Origin: Alphaproteobacteria bacterium
GTDB taxonomy: Bacteria; Pseudomonadota; Alphaproteobacteria; UBA828
Length of the DNA: 64,000 nucleotides
Assembly (NCBI GenBank): GCA_965221125.1
Contig: CBDCRW010000004.1
Span: forward strand, 896,001 to 960,000
Reading direction: 5' to 3'
Below, one piece after another: positions 61,323-64,000 of this stretch. Position 1 is the first letter of the stretch, and each line of letters starts with the position of its first letter. The translations under genes and the position numbers were made by a program. The notes under the pieces are model-generated. The model had not been told where the DNA came from. It did not search any database and saw nothing but the letters and a program-made list of their open reading frames with translations.

Positions 61323-61829
61323 ATGACCAAGGTAGAGACCGCCACTTGCCAGGACTGCGGCTGGCAGGGTCCGGTGGAAGAGACGAAAGAGTTCCGCAAC
61401 GTCTGGGACCGTGTTCTGCCGGGCGACGTCATGCCGGCCGGCGAGTGCCCCGAGGAAGGCTGCGGCGGCGCGGCAATGCTGGATACGGATCGCGGAGGCG
61501 CGAACGATCTCCGTCCCCGGATGGTCGCGCTCATGCTCGGTCTCGACCGGCTGCGCGACGACCTCCGCAACGGCGTGCCGCGCTCTCCGATATCCTTCCA
61601 CCTCAAGGAGCTTGCCGACTACGCCCGCAGGGCGCTGGCGGCAGGGCCCCCTGTTCGCCCCGTCTGCAATGCCTGCGGCGGCACGAACGTCCGGGTGGAC
61701 GCCTGGGCGCGCTGGGACACTCACTGGCAGCGCTGGGAGCTGCACTCCACCTGCGAGGCGGTCGCCATCTGCGCGGATTGCGACCTCGAGTGCAGCTACA
61801 CGATGAAGCCCGTCACGGAGCCGGCGTGA
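61323..61829 (+). CDS. Zn-ribbon protein, paralog of 60786-61172 with a second CxxC pair
   Basis: CQDCGWQGP...WDRVLPGD.MPAGECP...C; CNACGG ... CADC; GAGG RBS. Confidence 0.7.
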   Translation: MTKVETATCQDCGWQGPVEETKEFRNVWDRVLPGDVMPAGECPEEGCGGAAMLDTDRGGANDLRPRMVALMLGLDRLRDDLRNGVPRSPISFHLKELADYARRALAAGPPVRPVCNACGGTNVRVDAWARWDTHWQRWELHSTCEAVAICADCDLECSYTMKPVTEPA

Positions 61830-62167
61830 TGCAGGAGAGAAGCGCGTTCGATTTCGGCGGCAACCGGATCGTCCGCCAGTCGGAGCCGATGAAGATCGGC
61901 AAGCACGAATGGCGGCTCACCCTCTACCGCTCTCCGCATCACGAGCACCCGCTGATCGGCTACGAATGGCGCCGCGCCGACGGCGCGCACATCCGCCGCA
62001 CGTGCCCCGGCGGCGCCTACTGGCTCGACGGCTCCATCTGGATGCGCGACCGGGACTGGCCTTCCTACAACCACAACGACGGGGAGTGGGGCGGCATGCC
62101 GCGCACCCTGCGCAAGCTCTGGGAAAACTGCCCCTGGGCTCACACGCGCGAGGCGCGCCCCGCCTGA
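61829..62167 (+). CDS. Hypothetical Trp-rich protein
   Basis: ATG overlaps the preceding TGA; 112 aa. Confidence 0.6.
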   Translation: MQERSAFDFGGNRIVRQSEPMKIGKHEWRLTLYRSPHHEHPLIGYEWRRADGAHIRRTCPGGAYWLDGSIWMRDRDWPSYNHNDGEWGGMPRTLRKLWENCPWAHTREARPA

Positions 62168-62354
62168 CCCTCGCATCCCGTCCGCGCCGCTAACCCGCCG
62201 CCTGCAGCACGGCCCGGCCTCCCGCCGCCGGGAGGTCCGGGCAGCCCCGCGCGGGCCGGCCGGCCGGGGCCTGGAGGGGGCAATCCCTCCCCGTCCCACC
62301 GGGCCGCACTGCCGCCCTGACGCGCCCCCTGCGCGAGCCACGGAGGAACACCGC

Positions 62355-63110
62355 ATGATGCCTTCGACCGAGACGCTCGGCCGCCACACCGTCCTTGCGG
62401 CCATTCTCGTCACCGCCCGCGCGATCGTCGCCGATCCCGCGCGCTGGTGCCACTACCACCACGCCAAGGACGCCAACGGTCACACCTGCGAAGGACGTTC
62501 GGACCGCGCCGCCGCCTGGGGCGCCGTCGGCGCCCTCGACCGCGCGGCCGCTGACGCCGGCGCGGCGCACGTCAACTTCCTCGACGCCCAGCAGCACCTG
62601 AAGGACGCGTCCGTCATCGCCGGGCGCAAGTGGACCGGCACACCCTGGCTCCTCAGCACCGAGGCCGCGCACGCCATGACCGTGGCGTGTTTCGACGAAG
62701 CGCTCGACATCCTGCGCAAGCCGCCCGCTCCCGGCCCGCTCCACGCCCTCGCCGTGGCCCGCACCCTGATCGCCCGGCCCGAGCGCTGGGCGCAGGGCGC
62801 CATCGCCCTCGACCGGCGCGGCCGCGCCCTCGTCACCTTCGACGGCGGCTGCCGCTTCTGCGCCGCCGGCGCGCTCGGCCTTGCCAGCCACGTGCTGACC
62901 GAGCGGCCCCTGGACGGCAAGCTCACCGGGTCCCCCTTCGACCAGGCCGAGCGCCTGCTCGACTCCGCCGCCTACAAGCTCGGCGAGTACCCGAGCTACA
63001 TCGGCCTCAACGAGCACGACAGCCACGCCAAGGTCGTCGCCATGTTCGACCACGCCCTCGACATGGCGCGCGCGGACTCCGCCCCAGACAAGGAGGCAAG
63101 CCGGCCATGA
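62355..63110 (+). CDS. Protein with two tandem DUF6197-like domains
   Basis: Two units AR.LI..P.RW...A.D..G......(W/C)A.GAL...FD.AL; GGAGG RBS. Confidence 0.65.
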   Translation: MMPSTETLGRHTVLAAILVTARAIVADPARWCHYHHAKDANGHTCEGRSDRAAAWGAVGALDRAAADAGAAHVNFLDAQQHLKDASVIAGRKWTGTPWLLSTEAAHAMTVACFDEALDILRKPPAPGPLHALAVARTLIARPERWAQGAIALDRRGRALVTFDGGCRFCAAGALGLASHVLTERPLDGKLTGSPFDQAERLLDSAAYKLGEYPSYIGLNEHDSHAKVVAMFDHALDMARADSAPDKEASRP

Positions 63111-63529
63111 CCGCCACCGCCCCCTCTCCGCGCGACCTCCTCGTCGAGGCCCGCACGCTCATCGCCCACCCCGAGGCCTGGACCCAGGGTGCCGCCGCGC
63201 GCGATGCCGAGGGCGAGACCGTCGGCGTCGAGCACGAGGACGCCGTCTCTTGGTGCGCCACCGGCGCGATCAACTGCGCCATGTACCGCCATGCTGATTC
63301 CCTGGACGTCCCGCCGCCGCTGCAGCAGGCCCGCAACCAGGCCGAGACCATCCTCACCAAGACCGTGCGGGCGCTCACCCTCGGCCACTACACGGAGGCC
63401 ACGACCTACAACGATCAGACCAATCACGGCTGCGTCGTCCATGCCTTCGACATCGCGATCGCCGACGCCGACAGGCTTAGCGACAAGCACTCCAGCAGCC
63501 GCGCCAGTGGCACGGAGCGCGCACGATGA
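63107..63529 (+). CDS. Single DUF6197-like domain protein
   Basis: ARTLIAHPEAWTQG.AARD..G...WCATGAI...YND...H..VV.AFD.AI; AGGAGG RBS. Confidence 0.65.
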   Translation: MTATAPSPRDLLVEARTLIAHPEAWTQGAAARDAEGETVGVEHEDAVSWCATGAINCAMYRHADSLDVPPPLQQARNQAETILTKTVRALTLGHYTEATTYNDQTNHGCVVHAFDIAIADADRLSDKHSSSRASGTERAR

Positions 63530-64000
63530 CCGCCACTGCTCGCCTCCCCCGAACGATCCGGAATCCATACCGCGTGCCGCGTCCGGCCGTCATCAGCTTC
63601 AGCGGCGGCAGGACCTCGGGATTCCTGCTGAAGCACGTCATCGACGCCTACGGAGGCCGGCTTCCCGACGGGGTCTTCGTCGTCTTCGCGAACACGGCCA
63701 TGGAACGGCCGGAGACTCTCGACTTTGTCGACACGTGCGCCGCAGCCTGGTCGGTCACGGTGCACTGGGTCGAGTAGGACTGGGACGCGCCGCACCGCAC
63801 CCGCGTCGTCGACTTCGCCACCGCGTCCAGGAAGGGCGAGCCCTATGCCGCGCTTATCGATCGCAAGGGATTCGTCCCAAACATCACCACTAAATTCTGC
63901 TCCTCGTTTCTGAAGCGCGACAGGATCGACTCCTTCGCTCGCTACCGCCTCGGCCTCAAGCGCTGGCATTCGGTGATCGGGCTGCGCGCCGACGAACAGC
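63526..64000 (+). pseudogene. PAPS-reductase-family (phage Nin-like) gene with internal amber stop; runs off the window
   Basis: PP-loop SFSGGRTS, FANT..E..ETLDFV; TAG at 63775-63777, then in-frame ASRKGEPY...PN....CS..LK...IGLRADE. Confidence 0.75.

Larger units (their letters stand above)
48011..64000. mobile_element. Integrative element / genomic island, left part, decaying
   Basis: Integrase followed by IS, recD2 pseudogene, AAA-VWA module and phage/plasmid-type small genes; att sites not identified. Confidence 0.7.

Noticed and set aside
62195-62295. GC-rich hairpins between small island genes, possible single-strand promoter or terminator
   Set aside because: Hairpins are expected at this GC content; no clear -10/-35 elements or U-tract

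Overview
GC-rich bacterial window, probably an alphaproteobacterium (gene content and REP-like hairpins; a sponge or marine symbiont lifestyle is a guess from the multiple PhyH dioxygenases and amidases). Bases 1-57 are the end of an IS256 copy. 0.7-15 kb is a catabolic cluster (GST, SDR, two PhyH dioxygenases, Dpp/Opp ABC importer, CoA ligase, enoyl-CoA hydratase, amidase, OxyR-like LysR). 15-17 kb holds tRNA-Lys(TTT), an inverted degenerate tRNA-Lys and an antitoxin remnant. hisZ-purA follows, with a 266-bp TA-flanked MITE inserted at hisZ codons 4-5 whose terminal repeat supplies a new in-frame ATG; relatives of this MITE lie near 19.5 and 47.3 kb. Next come a GPP34-cytochrome P450 fusion with a 3-beta-HSD-like gene, two amidases, and an operon pairing a split McbB/cucumopine-synthase-like protein pair with glxBCD/mgsABC-like genes. 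30-46 kb has mixed metabolic genes and a low-GC repeat lipoprotein. From about 47.7 kb to the end is a decaying integrative element: tyrosine integrase, complete IS256 with 8-bp TSD, recD2 pseudogene, an AAA ATPase/DUF3150-like/VWA module lacking the HExxH motif, Zn-ribbon paralogs around a tRNA-like structure, DUF6197-like repeats and a PAPS-reductase-like gene with an internal stop. All family calls come from motif recognition by eye, not from database searches.
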